A DNA stretch of 32,757 nucleotides, taken from IMG/VR virus record IMGVR_UViG_3300020187_000119, positions 1 through 32,757 of that record; one strand, given 5' to 3'. Shown piece by piece: positions 8,301 to 17,704 of this stretch. The stretch is from a virus. Taxonomy: Duplodnaviria; Caudoviricetes. A program made the position numbers and the translations under genes. The first letter of the stretch is position 1; every line of letters starts with the position of its first letter. Below the pieces are notes generated by a model, which was not told the DNA's origin, did no database searches, and saw only the letters and a list, made by a program, of their open reading frames with translations.

Positions 8301-8889
8301 AGTTAAGGAAATAGAGATAGGGGATACAAAAGTTACTGGGGGTGTTAAATCTGTAGTTACAGATAAAGACCCCGAAACTGGTGCTATATCTTGGTCTATA
8401 GATTATGTTCCAAATTTAACTAAATTAGTTGAAGATTCTACTGAACTAGTAGATACAGCAAAGAGTGTTTATCAAAGAGCTAAAGATGATAAAAAATTTT
8501 TAGACATATACGAACAAGCAAAACAATTAAGAAATATAATTCGTACCCATGTTAGAAATAATTACCCAGAAGATTATAAAAAGGCAATTAGAGAAGAAGA
8601 AGTAGATGAAATGTCTACATCAGGGGGTGCGGGTGCTTATTTAACACCATATGCATTTAGAAAAAAAGGTTCTAAACCTAATATTAAGGCATATAAAGAA
8701 TTAGGATATAAAGAAGTAGAAGAATCTGCTGAACAACCGGGCGAAGATCTAGGCCCAGGACCTAAAGCAACAGAAAATGGGGTTAGTGATAATGCGTATG
8801 TAAAACAGTTTAAATATAAACTAGTACCTAGGGACAAAAATGGAAATTACGTACAAAAAGGTAGCGGTTTAGAAGTAAAAAACGTTTAA
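8284..8889 (+). CDS. Hypothetical head-module protein
   Basis: 201-aa ORF overlapping the upstream gene. Contains AIREEEVDEMST..AGAYLTPYAF with IxE/VxE sites. Confidence 0.75.
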   Translation: MGYKYKVKEIEIGDTKVTGGVKSVVTDKDPETGAISWSIDYVPNLTKLVEDSTELVDTAKSVYQRAKDDKKFLDIYEQAKQLRNIIRTHVRNNYPEDYKKAIREEEVDEMSTSGGAGAYLTPYAFRKKGSKPNIKAYKELGYKEVEESAEQPGEDLGPGPKATENGVSDNAYVKQFKYKLVPRDKNGNYVQKGSGLEVKNV

Positions 8890-8890
8890 T

Positions 8891-9130
8891 ATGTATAAGT
8901 ATAAGGTAGTTAAGGAAGAAGAAAGTAAGGCAGAAAAATTCCAACAGGAACGTATTAATGCCTTTTCTGAAATTGAAAATGAACTACAGTCTTTAATCAA
9001 ACCATTAAGACAAGCAAAAATAGAAACAATAAAAACATATAAGCAACAACCAGATACTTTTGCAGTAATAACCCCAACGGACATAATTAAAGACTATATA
9101 AAAGACATCAAAATACTATTAGAAAAATAA
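8891..9130 (+). CDS. Hypothetical protein
   Basis: 79-aa ORF tightly packed in the operon. N-terminus MYKYKVVKE resembles MGYKYKVKE of the previous gene. Confidence 0.75.
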   Translation: MYKYKVVKEEESKAEKFQQERINAFSEIENELQSLIKPLRQAKIETIKTYKQQPDTFAVITPTDIIKDYIKDIKILLEK

Positions 9131-9131
9131 T

Positions 9132-10490
9132 ATGAAAACACTACAAGAACAATATAATTTAATCCAAGAAGGTAAGGGTCGTAAGGATTTATTCCTAAAG
9201 GAAGCTAAAAAAACATACCCTAATTTATTATCAAATCTTACTTCTTACAATGATGCTACAAGTATTTTAAAGAGCAAAAGTAAAATTAGTGAGGGTTTAG
9301 GTGATATTGTTACTTTAAAACCTTTAGTACAATTAACTTCTGAAGATTTTAACCCAAATAAACAAGCTTGGGAAAATAAATATGAGCAATTTGTTAATGA
9401 AGAAAGAGCTAAGTCTTTAAAACCTATTATTGATAAAGATATTGATGAAAAACTCAATACTAAAAAAGAAGATGAAGCAGTAAAAGCTGATGCTAAAAAA
9501 GTAGCTAAAGGTGTTGAAAATGTTGAGGAACGTAATTATGATTATTCTCCAAAAGAAGATAATATCAACAATGTCAATGCCCAGGAAATGATGAATGGGG
9601 TTTATTATGAACTTAAAGAAGATCCTAGCTTATCATTAGAAGAAGCACAAGAAAAAGTAATTAAAAACCTAGCTAAAGACGAATTACATTATGTAAAAGA
9701 AGGTCAATTTGGTGTAGGTATAGGATACACAGAACCAGAAGTACAAGAAAATACAGGTAAAACATATGGTGGAAGCGGATATAGCGATAAACTCAAAAAA
9801 TCAGATACAAAAATGAAACCAATTAAAGAAGAATTATTTAAAAAATTAATTAGAGAAGGATTAGGTGGTGTAGTTACTACAGGTAACCCAAATTCATTAG
9901 CAGCCCAATCGGGGAATATGATTAGACAAATGATGTCTGAGGATGAATTCCAATCTACCCAAGCAGGGTCTCAATATCATTCGTCTTTATACGCTGAGGA
10001 AGAGAAAAAATTACCAATGGATGAAAATGATGTAGAAGAAGCAAGAGATAAAGCTATTGAAGCATCACAGGACAAAGCAGGAATGTCAGAAGAAGCAAGA
10101 CCTGATTACCCAGATGTAGACGGAGATGGTGATACAAAAGAACCAATGGCTAAAGCAGTTAAAGATAAAAAGAAAAAATCTAAAAAAGAATCAATTGATA
10201 CTAAATTAGCTGAAATAGGTAAAGAGGCTGAAGCTGTAAAATTAGAAGCTCAATTAAATTTCTTACATGACCATATTCAAGAAAAAGTAGATAGAGTTAG
10301 CTCAATCCAGGAAGATGAAAATCTTAGTGAATTGATTGATAAATCTAAAATGAAACAAATGCAAAGAGAAATCAAGGATTTGGAAAGAAAAAAAATGAAA
10401 ATGGAAAAAATCTACGAAAAATCTTGTGGTAAATCTTACCAAAGAACTGAAATGGTAGATGAAATGGAAATAGAAGAAACCAATTCATAA
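9132..10490 (+). CDS. Acidic/charged protein, putative prohead core or internal protein
   Basis: 452 aa, very E/K-rich, many [LIV]xE motifs, a DVDGDGD motif, and lies directly upstream of the prohead protease. Confidence 0.65.
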   Translation: MKTLQEQYNLIQEGKGRKDLFLKEAKKTYPNLLSNLTSYNDATSILKSKSKISEGLGDIVTLKPLVQLTSEDFNPNKQAWENKYEQFVNEERAKSLKPIIDKDIDEKLNTKKEDEAVKADAKKVAKGVENVEERNYDYSPKEDNINNVNAQEMMNGVYYELKEDPSLSLEEAQEKVIKNLAKDELHYVKEGQFGVGIGYTEPEVQENTGKTYGGSGYSDKLKKSDTKMKPIKEELFKKLIREGLGGVVTTGNPNSLAAQSGNMIRQMMSEDEFQSTQAGSQYHSSLYAEEEKKLPMDENDVEEARDKAIEASQDKAGMSEEARPDYPDVDGDGDTKEPMAKAVKDKKKKSKKESIDTKLAEIGKEAEAVKLEAQLNFLHDHIQEKVDRVSSIQEDENLSELIDKSKMKQMQREIKDLERKKMKMEKIYEKSCGKSYQRTEMVDEMEIEETNS

Positions 10491-10492
10491 AA

Positions 10493-11098
10493 ATGAATAA
10501 AAAACTTATAATAGAAACCCATACATTACAGCTGTCCCCTACTTCATTAACCGAAAGTGTTAATAAGAGTAATGGGAATATGGTTGTTGAAGGGATATTA
10601 GCTACGTGTGAAGTTAAAAACGGAAACGGTAGATATTATTCTAAAGAATTATGGGAAAGGGAAATGGATCGTTATTCTGAATTAATAGAACAAAGACGTT
10701 CAATGGGAGAATTAGACCACCCAGAGTCTCAAGTTATTAATTTACAAAATGTATCACACCTAATATCAGAATATAGATGGGATGGGGATAATATTATAGG
10801 TAAAATAGAGGTACTACCTACCCCAGCTGGAGATATATTAAAAGCACTTGTTGGTAATGGAGTTACAGTAGGAGTATCATCTCGTGGTATGGGTTCATTA
10901 CAAGAAATAAATGGTGTAATGGAAGTACAAGACGATTTTGAATTGTTATGTTGGGACTTCGTTTCAACTCCATCAAACCCCGGTTCATATATGCATATGA
11001 TCAAGGAAGGAAAAGAAACTATTTCTTACGATTATACAAAAGTTAATAACATTATACATGAAATCCTTTGTTCAAAAGGTTCATGCCCTGTAACATAA
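10493..11098 (+). CDS. Prohead core protease (T4 gp21-like)
   Basis: KNGNGRYY, GELDHP (catalytic His), GVSSRGMGS (catalytic Ser) and WDFVSTPS. Confidence 0.96.
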   Translation: MNKKLIIETHTLQLSPTSLTESVNKSNGNMVVEGILATCEVKNGNGRYYSKELWEREMDRYSELIEQRRSMGELDHPESQVINLQNVSHLISEYRWDGDNIIGKIEVLPTPAGDILKALVGNGVTVGVSSRGMGSLQEINGVMEVQDDFELLCWDFVSTPSNPGSYMHMIKEGKETISYDYTKVNNIIHEILCSKGSCPVT

Positions 11099-11138
11099 AC
11101 AAAATTTCTTCGGACGCTACCGATGGATTAAAAACATT

Positions 11139-11168
11139 AGACGCCTTTTTGGCGTCTTTTGTATTTTT
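11139..11168 (+). terminator. Intrinsic terminator after the protease gene
   Basis: AGACGCC (11139-11145) / TTTTT loop / GGCGTCT (11151-11157), then TTTGTATTTTT. Confidence 0.75.
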
Positions 11169-11181
11169 AATAAATATTCAT

Positions 11182-11191
11182 ATACGTATAA
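11182..11191 (+). promoter_or_regulatory. Putative late promoter variant ATACGTATAA (scaffold-capsid transcript)
   Basis: Two-mismatch variant of the late motif immediately after the terminator. The same variant occurs at 32620. Confidence 0.55.
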
Positions 11192-11289
11192 CTGTAATAC
11201 ACCATGAACATTCTTATATGGTGTCGAATAAATAATATTTCTATTACGCTTCATGAATAAGCGTATTTCACAAACTAAATTTTGGGATT

Positions 11290-12396
11290 ATGACAAACAA
11301 CAGAGATTTGTTAACCGAAGCTATTGCTGATGCTAAAGCTGTCAAAGACACTGCCATCGCTAATGCTAAACTTGCCCTTGAGGAAGCTTTTACTCCTTAC
11401 CTAAAAAATCAACTATCTGCTAAATTAGAGGAGATGGATAAAGATGATGAGGTAAAAGAAGCAAAAGAAGAAGACAAGGATGAAGTTAAAGAAATGGACG
11501 CCCCAAGCTTTGAAAGAAAAAATTCACCAGCAGGTGATTCTTTAAAAGATCTATCACCTAAAAAAGTAGGAACATCTACTGTACAGGAAGAAGAAGATAA
11601 AGAATTATCCGAGGATGAAGTTAATCTAGATGAGTTATTGGCTGAATTGGAATTAGACGAAGATGCACGAACTGACGCTGAAGAAGAAGGCTATAAGGAC
11701 GGTATGAAAGATGAAAAAGAGGACGAAGATGACAAAATAGAGGACGAAGAAATCGACCTTGAAGATATGTCAGAAGACGACCTTAAAGGTTTCATCGAAG
11801 ATGTCATTAGTGACATGGTTGCAGCTGGAGAAATCGAGCCGGGCGACGAATTCGCAGAAGAAGAAGTTGATGTTGAAGTTGAAGACGTTGAAGACGTTGA
11901 AGATGTAGATGTTGATATCGAAATCGACGAAGCTAAACAAGAAGAATTAGACGAGAAAATGACTAAAAAAGAAAAAGCCGAAGGTGATGATCGTAAAAAA
12001 GACGACAAAATCGAAGCTGAAACTGAAAAAATGAGATTTAAAGAAGCATTAGATGAAATCGAAGCTCTTAAAGTTGAATTACAAGAAGTTAATCTTTTGA
12101 ACGCTAAATTACTTTATACTAATAAAATCTTTAAAGCAAAAAACTTAACCGAGAGTAAAAAAGTTAAGGTATTAAAAGCATTTGACAAAGCGATTAATGT
12201 AGGTCAAGCAAAAACTATTTTTGAAACATTAAATGAAGGAATTGTAAATACAATTACAAATTCAACAATTAATGAATCAGTTAAAAAAGGTGCTGCTTCA
12301 AAAGCTAGTGGTTTAGAACCAAAAGCGAAAAAACAACCTATTATCGAGTCAAATGATGTTTATAACCGTATGCAAAAACTCGCAGGTTTAATTTAA
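11290..12396 (+). CDS. Prohead scaffolding protein (T4 gp22-like)
   Basis: Extremely acidic middle, coiled-coil ends (EVNLLNAKLLY), C-terminal RMQKLAGL, and position between protease and MCP. Confidence 0.85.
   Translation: MTNNRDLLTEAIADAKAVKDTAIANAKLALEEAFTPYLKNQLSAKLEEMDKDDEVKEAKEEDKDEVKEMDAPSFERKNSPAGDSLKDLSPKKVGTSTVQEEEDKELSEDEVNLDELLAELELDEDARTDAEEEGYKDGMKDEKEDEDDKIEDEEIDLEDMSEDDLKGFIEDVISDMVAAGEIEPGDEFAEEEVDVEVEDVEDVEDVDVDIEIDEAKQEELDEKMTKKEKAEGDDRKKDDKIEAETEKMRFKEALDEIEALKVELQEVNLLNAKLLYTNKIFKAKNLTESKKVKVLKAFDKAINVGQAKTIFETLNEGIVNTITNSTINESVKKGAASKASGLEPKAKKQPIIESNDVYNRMQKLAGLI
11878..11904 (+). repeat. Short in-frame tandem repeat (GTTGAAGAY)x3 encoding VED
   Basis: GTTGAAGAC GTTGAAGAC GTTGAAGAT inside the acidic scaffold linker. 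Confidence 0.6.
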
Positions 12397-12428
12397 ATTA
12401 TTAAAAATAACAATTAAAAAACTTAAAC

Positions 12429-14114
12429 ATGAGCTTAAATTCATTATTAGAAAGCGCAAACCCTTATCAGTCTATGCAGTCTGATGCGGCTAGATTATCT
12501 AGCAAATGGGAAAAAACAGGTCTTTTAGAAGGTCTAGGTGGTGCCCACAAAAACAACATGGGTATGATCCTTGAAAACCAAGCTAAACAACTTGTAGTAG
12601 AATCATCACAAACTAGTGGTGGTGTAGCAAACGGTGGTACATTTGATTCACAAACTGCAGTAAATGTAGGTGGACAATGGGCAGGAGTTGCTTTACCATT
12701 GGTAAGAAAAGTATTTGGTCAAATCGCAGCGAAAGAATTCGTTAGTGTTCAACCAATGAACTTACCTTCAGGTCTAGTATTTTTCTTAGATTTCCAATAC
12801 GGAAGTGATCACACACCTTTCGCAAAAGGAAGTTCTTTATACGGAGACGGAACTACTGCAACAGCTCCATTTGGTAACACAAATGCAGGTGGATTTTACG
12901 GTGCAGGTCGTTTCGGGTATTCAATTAACAATACACAATCAATCGTAGCTGATCAATCCGCTCCTTTAGCAGCTGCTACATGGGCAGATTTTAACTATGA
13001 TTCTGATTATTCTCAATCAGCTGTAGATGGTGATTACTGGAAAATATTAGTAGCAACTGCTGATGTAAAGTATGCTGATTTAGAAGGAGTTGCAGGATTC
13101 CAATTATTTTCAGGTTCAGAAGCAGGATCAGTATCTGGTTCAGCTGCAGGAGTACAAGTTTCAGCATTTACCAAGTATAAAGGTGGTTCAACTATAGAAT
13201 TCATAGTAGCAAAAGCTGACGTAGTAGGTGCAGGACCAGTTGCATTCGTAGCAGGGGACAACGTAACAGTTGTATACCAAATCCAACCACAAGATAACCT
13301 AAGAGGTGATTTTGAAGATGGAAACCCAAATCCAAACAGTTTAAACTCCCCATCAATTTCTATTCCAGAAATCAACGTAGAGATGAAATCATCTGCAATC
13401 GTTGCTAAAACTAGAAAATTGAAAGCAGTATGGACGCCAGAATTCGCACAGGATTTAAATGCATACCATGCATTAGATGCTGAAGCTGAATTGACTTCAA
13501 TCTTAAGTGAGTACATTTCATTAGAAATTGACTTAGAGATCTTAAGTATGTTGATCGAAAACGCTGCTGCTGGAAATGAAATCTGGTCTGCAGTTAACAA
13601 CAGATCAATTACTGAAGCAGGTGGTATTCAACCAAGTTTAGGATTTTACAATTCTCAAGGACAATGGTTCCAAACATTAGGAACTAAAATCCAAAAGTTA
13701 AGTAATATCATACACCAGAAAACATTAAGAGGTGGTGCAAACTTCCTAGTATGTTCTCCAGCTGTAGGAACTATCCTAGAATCAATTCCAGGATTTGCTG
13801 CTGATACTGACGGTGATGTTTCTAAAGCAAGCTACGCATTTGGTGTACAAAAAGTAGGTCAATTAAACGGACGTTACAAAGTATACAAAAACCCATACAT
13901 GACTGAAAACACAATCCTATTAGGATTCAGAGGTTCTCAGTTCTTGGAAACGGGTGCTGTATTTGCTCCATACATTCCATTAATTATGACTCCATTAGTA
14001 TACGATCCAAACACCTTCACACCACGTAAAGGTCTATTAACTCGTTATGCTAAGAAAATGGTAAGACCAGAATTTTATGGTACTATCCAAGTAAACGGAT
14101 TAAACTCTCTATAA
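12429..14114 (+). CDS. Major capsid protein (T4 gp23-like)
   Basis: VSVQPMNLPSGLVF, AKTRKLKAVWTPEFAQDLNAYH, DAEAELTSILSEYISLEID, YIPL..YDP..FTPRKGLLTRYA. Codon usage typical of highly expressed genes. Confidence 0.97.
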   Translation: MSLNSLLESANPYQSMQSDAARLSSKWEKTGLLEGLGGAHKNNMGMILENQAKQLVVESSQTSGGVANGGTFDSQTAVNVGGQWAGVALPLVRKVFGQIAAKEFVSVQPMNLPSGLVFFLDFQYGSDHTPFAKGSSLYGDGTTATAPFGNTNAGGFYGAGRFGYSINNTQSIVADQSAPLAAATWADFNYDSDYSQSAVDGDYWKILVATADVKYADLEGVAGFQLFSGSEAGSVSGSAAGVQVSAFTKYKGGSTIEFIVAKADVVGAGPVAFVAGDNVTVVYQIQPQDNLRGDFEDGNPNPNSLNSPSISIPEINVEMKSSAIVAKTRKLKAVWTPEFAQDLNAYHALDAEAELTSILSEYISLEIDLEILSMLIENAAAGNEIWSAVNNRSITEAGGIQPSLGFYNSQGQWFQTLGTKIQKLSNIIHQKTLRGGANFLVCSPAVGTILESIPGFAADTDGDVSKASYAFGVQKVGQLNGRYKVYKNPYMTENTILLGFRGSQFLETGAVFAPYIPLIMTPLVYDPNTFTPRKGLLTRYAKKMVRPEFYGTIQVNGLNSL

Positions 14115-14141
14115 TAGAGAATTAATTTTTACTTAATAATT

Positions 14142-14167
14142 AAACCCGGCTTAGGCCGGGTTTTTTT
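14142..14167 (+). terminator. Strong intrinsic terminator after MCP
   Basis: AAACCCGGC / TTAG / GCCGGGTTT, running into a T7 tract (14161-14167). Confidence 0.9.
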
Positions 14168-14176
14168 ATCTTCTTC

Positions 14177-14186
14177 ATATTTATAA
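14177..14186 (+). promoter_or_regulatory. Putative late promoter ATATTTATAA
   Basis: Exact motif directly after the MCP terminator and before phoH. Confidence 0.7.
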
Positions 14187-14210
14187 TAGAACAATAAAGT
14201 TATTAAAACC

Positions 14211-14942
14211 ATGGCGAGTAAATTACATACCGACGAAGTTTATCGTAAAAAAAGAATTCCCAAAAATCCCATTAAGTTTAAATTACAATTAAATGAAGAA
14301 CAAAAATTAGCTAAAAAAACAATTTTAGATAATACAATAACACTACTAGCAGGAAGTGCGGGTAGTGGAAAGACATTATTAGCATGTAATGTTGCATTAG
14401 ATGGGTTATTTAGAAAACAATATGATAAAATTATAATTACAAGACCTACAGTATCTAAAGAAGAAATAGGTTTTTTACCTGGTGATTTAAGAGAAAAAAT
14501 GGATCCCTGGGTTCAACCAATATATCAAAACTTCTTTGCTTTATATGATAAGGTAAAAGTTGAAAAGATGATTGAAGATGGTAAAATAGAAATTGTACCT
14601 GTATCATTTATGAGAGGTAGAACATTTTTAGATTCTTTAATTATAGTAGATGAGGCACAAAATGTTACCCATGAACAAATGGAGATGATTACATCTCGTA
14701 TTGGTTTAAGAAGTAAAATGGTGATATGTGGTGATTCACATCAAACAGATTTAAAGAAAAAATCAGATTCAGGCTTTAAATTCTTATATGCCGCCTCAAG
14801 AAAAATTAAAAAATTAGCAGGTGTTACTTTAATAACTAACCATAGAAATGAAATAGTTGAAGACTTAATAGAATATTATAACACTGCGATTGACAAGGGG
14901 ATATCATTAGTTACATCTGGGTCTACTCTAAGATCTAAATAG
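14211..14942 (+). CDS. phoH: PhoH-family ATPase
   Basis: GSAGSGKT, IITRP, GFLPGDLREKMDPW, FMRGRTF, IIVDEAQN, RIG, GDSHQTD and HRNEIV. Confidence 0.95.
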   Translation: MASKLHTDEVYRKKRIPKNPIKFKLQLNEEQKLAKKTILDNTITLLAGSAGSGKTLLACNVALDGLFRKQYDKIIITRPTVSKEEIGFLPGDLREKMDPWVQPIYQNFFALYDKVKVEKMIEDGKIEIVPVSFMRGRTFLDSLIIVDEAQNVTHEQMEMITSRIGLRSKMVICGDSHQTDLKKKSDSGFKFLYAASRKIKKLAGVTLITNHRNEIVEDLIEYYNTAIDKGISLVTSGSTLRSK

Positions 14943-14956
14943 TAACACTCTTTTTC

Positions 14957-14966
14957 ATATTTATAA
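14957..14966 (+). promoter_or_regulatory. Putative late promoter ATATTTATAA
   Basis: Exact motif upstream of the neck gene. Confidence 0.7.
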
Positions 14967-15003
14967 CTAAAATACACACATATTAAATTAAATACATTAA
15001 GAT

Positions 15004-16182
15004 ATGAACATACCTATTTGGACAGGAGTTAGTACTTTTGCCGCAGGCCAAACTCCTTTTGGGTTTTACGATTCACAGACTGACTTTGCTGTTGATGCAA
15101 ATAAGGTTGCTAACTTTTGTGCTCAAAGACTAGGTTTCCCTTTAGTAGATGTTGAACTTCAATCTGGTTCATTTTTTACTGCTTTTGAGGAGGCAACTAC
15201 CACATATGGTAATGAAATATATGCATATAAAATACGAGATAATCAATTATCTTTAGAAGGATTACCAACGGCGTCAAATTTAAACCAAGCACTTATAACA
15301 CCGAGTTTTGAACCAATAGTTAGACTATCAGAGCAATATGGTGAAGAAGCAGGTTCAGGGGGTAATGTAAATTACTACTCAGGGTCTTTTAATTTAACTG
15401 GCAGCCAACAAAATTATTCTTTTCAAACCTTTATGACTGCTAGTGGTTATACCGGTTCTGAATATATGCATGGTATTGAAATTAAAAGAGTATTTTACCA
15501 AGAACCCTACCCCGCATCCGCAAGATTTTTAGACCCATATAATGGGTTTGGATTTGGGGGTGTAGCAGCAGCTGGAATAGCAGGCATAGGAGGATTTGGT
15601 GAAGCTGGTGGGTATTTAATGTCCCCTTTAAATTATGAAATAGCAGTTATCCAGCAAATCGAAATGGCTGAAACTGTTCGAAGAAACAATTATTCATTTG
15701 AAATTAGAGGAGATAATTTAAAAATATTTCCCGTACCTAATTTTAGTGTTAATAGTTTAGATCAATCCCCTAAAATATGGTTTGAATATATTTTAAGAGA
15801 TGAAAGGATAGCCAGTTCAGTACAACAATCCCCAGGAAATGTAACAAATGTTTCTAATACACCTTATGGTAACCCTAATTATGACCAAATAAACAGTGTT
15901 GGGAGACAATGGATTTTTGAATATACTTTAGCTTTAGCAAAAGAAATGTTGGGGTATGTTAGGGGTAAATATGGTACTATTCCAATCCCAAATGCTGATG
16001 TAACATTAAACCAATCAGATTTAATAGCAGCTGCTACCGCAGAAAAAACAGCATTAATAGAAAGATTAAGAACATATTTAGATGAAACTTCAAGAATGGC
16101 TTCATTAGAAAGAAGAGCTAAAGAAGGAGATTCAAAAATGATGGAATTACAAAAGGTTCCATATACAATTTTTATAGGATAA
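15004..16182 (+). CDS. Neck / head-tail adaptor protein (T4 gp13-like)
   Basis: RLGFPLVDVEL and WIFEYTLALAKEMLGYVRGKY..IP...VTLN motifs, plus position after the head genes. Confidence 0.8.
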   Translation: MNIPIWTGVSTFAAGQTPFGFYDSQTDFAVDANKVANFCAQRLGFPLVDVELQSGSFFTAFEEATTTYGNEIYAYKIRDNQLSLEGLPTASNLNQALITPSFEPIVRLSEQYGEEAGSGGNVNYYSGSFNLTGSQQNYSFQTFMTASGYTGSEYMHGIEIKRVFYQEPYPASARFLDPYNGFGFGGVAAAGIAGIGGFGEAGGYLMSPLNYEIAVIQQIEMAETVRRNNYSFEIRGDNLKIFPVPNFSVNSLDQSPKIWFEYILRDERIASSVQQSPGNVTNVSNTPYGNPNYDQINSVGRQWIFEYTLALAKEMLGYVRGKYGTIPIPNADVTLNQSDLIAAATAEKTALIERLRTYLDETSRMASLERRAKEGDSKMMELQKVPYTIFIG

Positions 16183-16183
16183 T

Positions 16184-16714
16184 ATGGCAATGTACACTAA
16201 AGTTAGAGATGTTTCTCTAATGCGAAAGTTTAATAGAGAATTGATGGGTAATATTATTACCCAACAATGTGCTTTATATCAATTTAAGTTAGAAGAAACT
16301 AAAGTTAACATTTATGGTGAAGCGGCCGAAGAAAAATACTATGATGGTCCTTTTCTATTTAATATATTGATTGATAGAGGAGACCAACAATATGCTGAAA
16401 ATACAGAAGGAGTACAATTTGAACAAGGTATAAATTTTAATTTCTTTAGAGATGATTTAGTAGATGCCGATGTGGTACCTAGAGTAGGAGATATTATCTT
16501 ATACCAAGAAGCATATTATGGGGTACAAAGTACAATTGCCAACCAATATTGGGGAGGAAAAAACCCGGCATACCCAAATAATGACTCAGACGGAGTTCCA
16601 AACCCATTAAATCCAAACCTAGATTTATATGGTAACAATATATCTATACTATGCTCAACTTATTACATCCCAGCTGATAAAGTTGCGATATCACCTTATA
16701 TAGAAAGAATGTAA
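16184..16714 (+). CDS. Neck / head closure protein (T4 gp14-like)
   Basis: NIYGEA..K.Y and PRVGDII motifs. Lies between the gp13-like and gp15-like genes. Confidence 0.65.
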   Translation: MAMYTKVRDVSLMRKFNRELMGNIITQQCALYQFKLEETKVNIYGEAAEEKYYDGPFLFNILIDRGDQQYAENTEGVQFEQGINFNFFRDDLVDADVVPRVGDIILYQEAYYGVQSTIANQYWGGKNPAYPNNDSDGVPNPLNPNLDLYGNNISILCSTYYIPADKVAISPYIERM

Positions 16715-17658
16715 TGGCAAAACCAAGAAAACCTATACCAAAATCACAATTAACTATAAGTAATTCAAAACAAAATGCGTTTGAAGGAACTGAAGGCAGA
16801 GGAGAAGTAGGTAACCCTAATAATGCTATTTCTCCCCCAAACCCTAATTATACTGAAACAGGGATTGACTTTAATAGGTCTAACAATATGAGCCTTAAAG
16901 GGGATAGTACTAAACAGTATTCTATTGGTTTAAAAGATATTGATGAAGCTATTTTTTATTACTTTAATAATAAAATTAAACCCTTTGTTTATCAAAATGG
17001 AATAAAAAGAGATGTACCTGTAATATATGGTGCACCTGAAAGATGGAAATCCTTCCAACGTGATGGGTATTATAGAGACAAAAATGGTGCAATTATGTTA
17101 CCTATTATTGTAATTAAAAGGGATTCATTATCCAAAGATAGAACAGTAGCAAATAAGTTAGATGCTAACCAACCTAATTTATATGGTAAATGGTCTAAAC
17201 AATACAGCCCAAAAAACTTTTATAGTAACTTTGGAACCTTAAATAATAGAAAACCTATTGAAAAATTTCATGTAGTAGCACAACCTGACTACGTAACGTT
17301 AGAATATAGTTGTTTAATCCAAACCTACTACATGGAACAATTAAACAAAGTAATAGAGGCATGTGAATATGCTTCTGATGCTTATTGGGGTATGCCCGAA
17401 AGATTCCAATTTAGAGCTTTTATAGATAGCTTTACAACAGCAACTGAACTAACTCAAGGTAAGGATAGATTAGTAACCGGTACTTTTAATATTAGATTAA
17501 GAGGTTACATACTACCTGATACAATCCAAAAAGAGCTAAATGCAACTAAAATCTATAATTCAAAAGCTAAAATAACTATCAACACAGAAGCAGTATCAGA
17601 TATAAATGGTATGGAAATTATTTCTAATCCTACTAAAGACGGGAGAAAAAGAACGTAA
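16714..17658 (+). CDS. Tail completion / sheath terminator protein (T4 gp15-like)
   Basis: VPVIYGAPERW, LPIIVI, PDYVTLEY..LI..YMEQLNKVIE and F.I.LRGYI. Upstream of the sheath. Confidence 0.7.
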   Translation: MAKPRKPIPKSQLTISNSKQNAFEGTEGRGEVGNPNNAISPPNPNYTETGIDFNRSNNMSLKGDSTKQYSIGLKDIDEAIFYYFNNKIKPFVYQNGIKRDVPVIYGAPERWKSFQRDGYYRDKNGAIMLPIIVIKRDSLSKDRTVANKLDANQPNLYGKWSKQYSPKNFYSNFGTLNNRKPIEKFHVVAQPDYVTLEYSCLIQTYYMEQLNKVIEACEYASDAYWGMPERFQFRAFIDSFTTATELTQGKDRLVTGTFNIRLRGYILPDTIQKELNATKIYNSKAKITINTEAVSDINGMEIISNPTKDGRKRT

Positions 17659-17676
17659 TTTTTAACCAACTTATAT

Positions 17677-17686
17677 ATATTTATAA
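17677..17686 (+). promoter_or_regulatory. Putative late promoter ATATTTATAA
   Basis: Exact motif 18 nt before ATG 17705. Confidence 0.7.
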
Positions 17687-17704
17687 TTAAATAAAAAATA
17701 CATT

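Noticed and set aside
8889-8898. Late-motif variant ATATGTATAA as a promoter feature
   Set aside because: It overlaps the start codon of ORF 8891 and may simply reflect the M-Y-K codons, so it is not listed as a feature.
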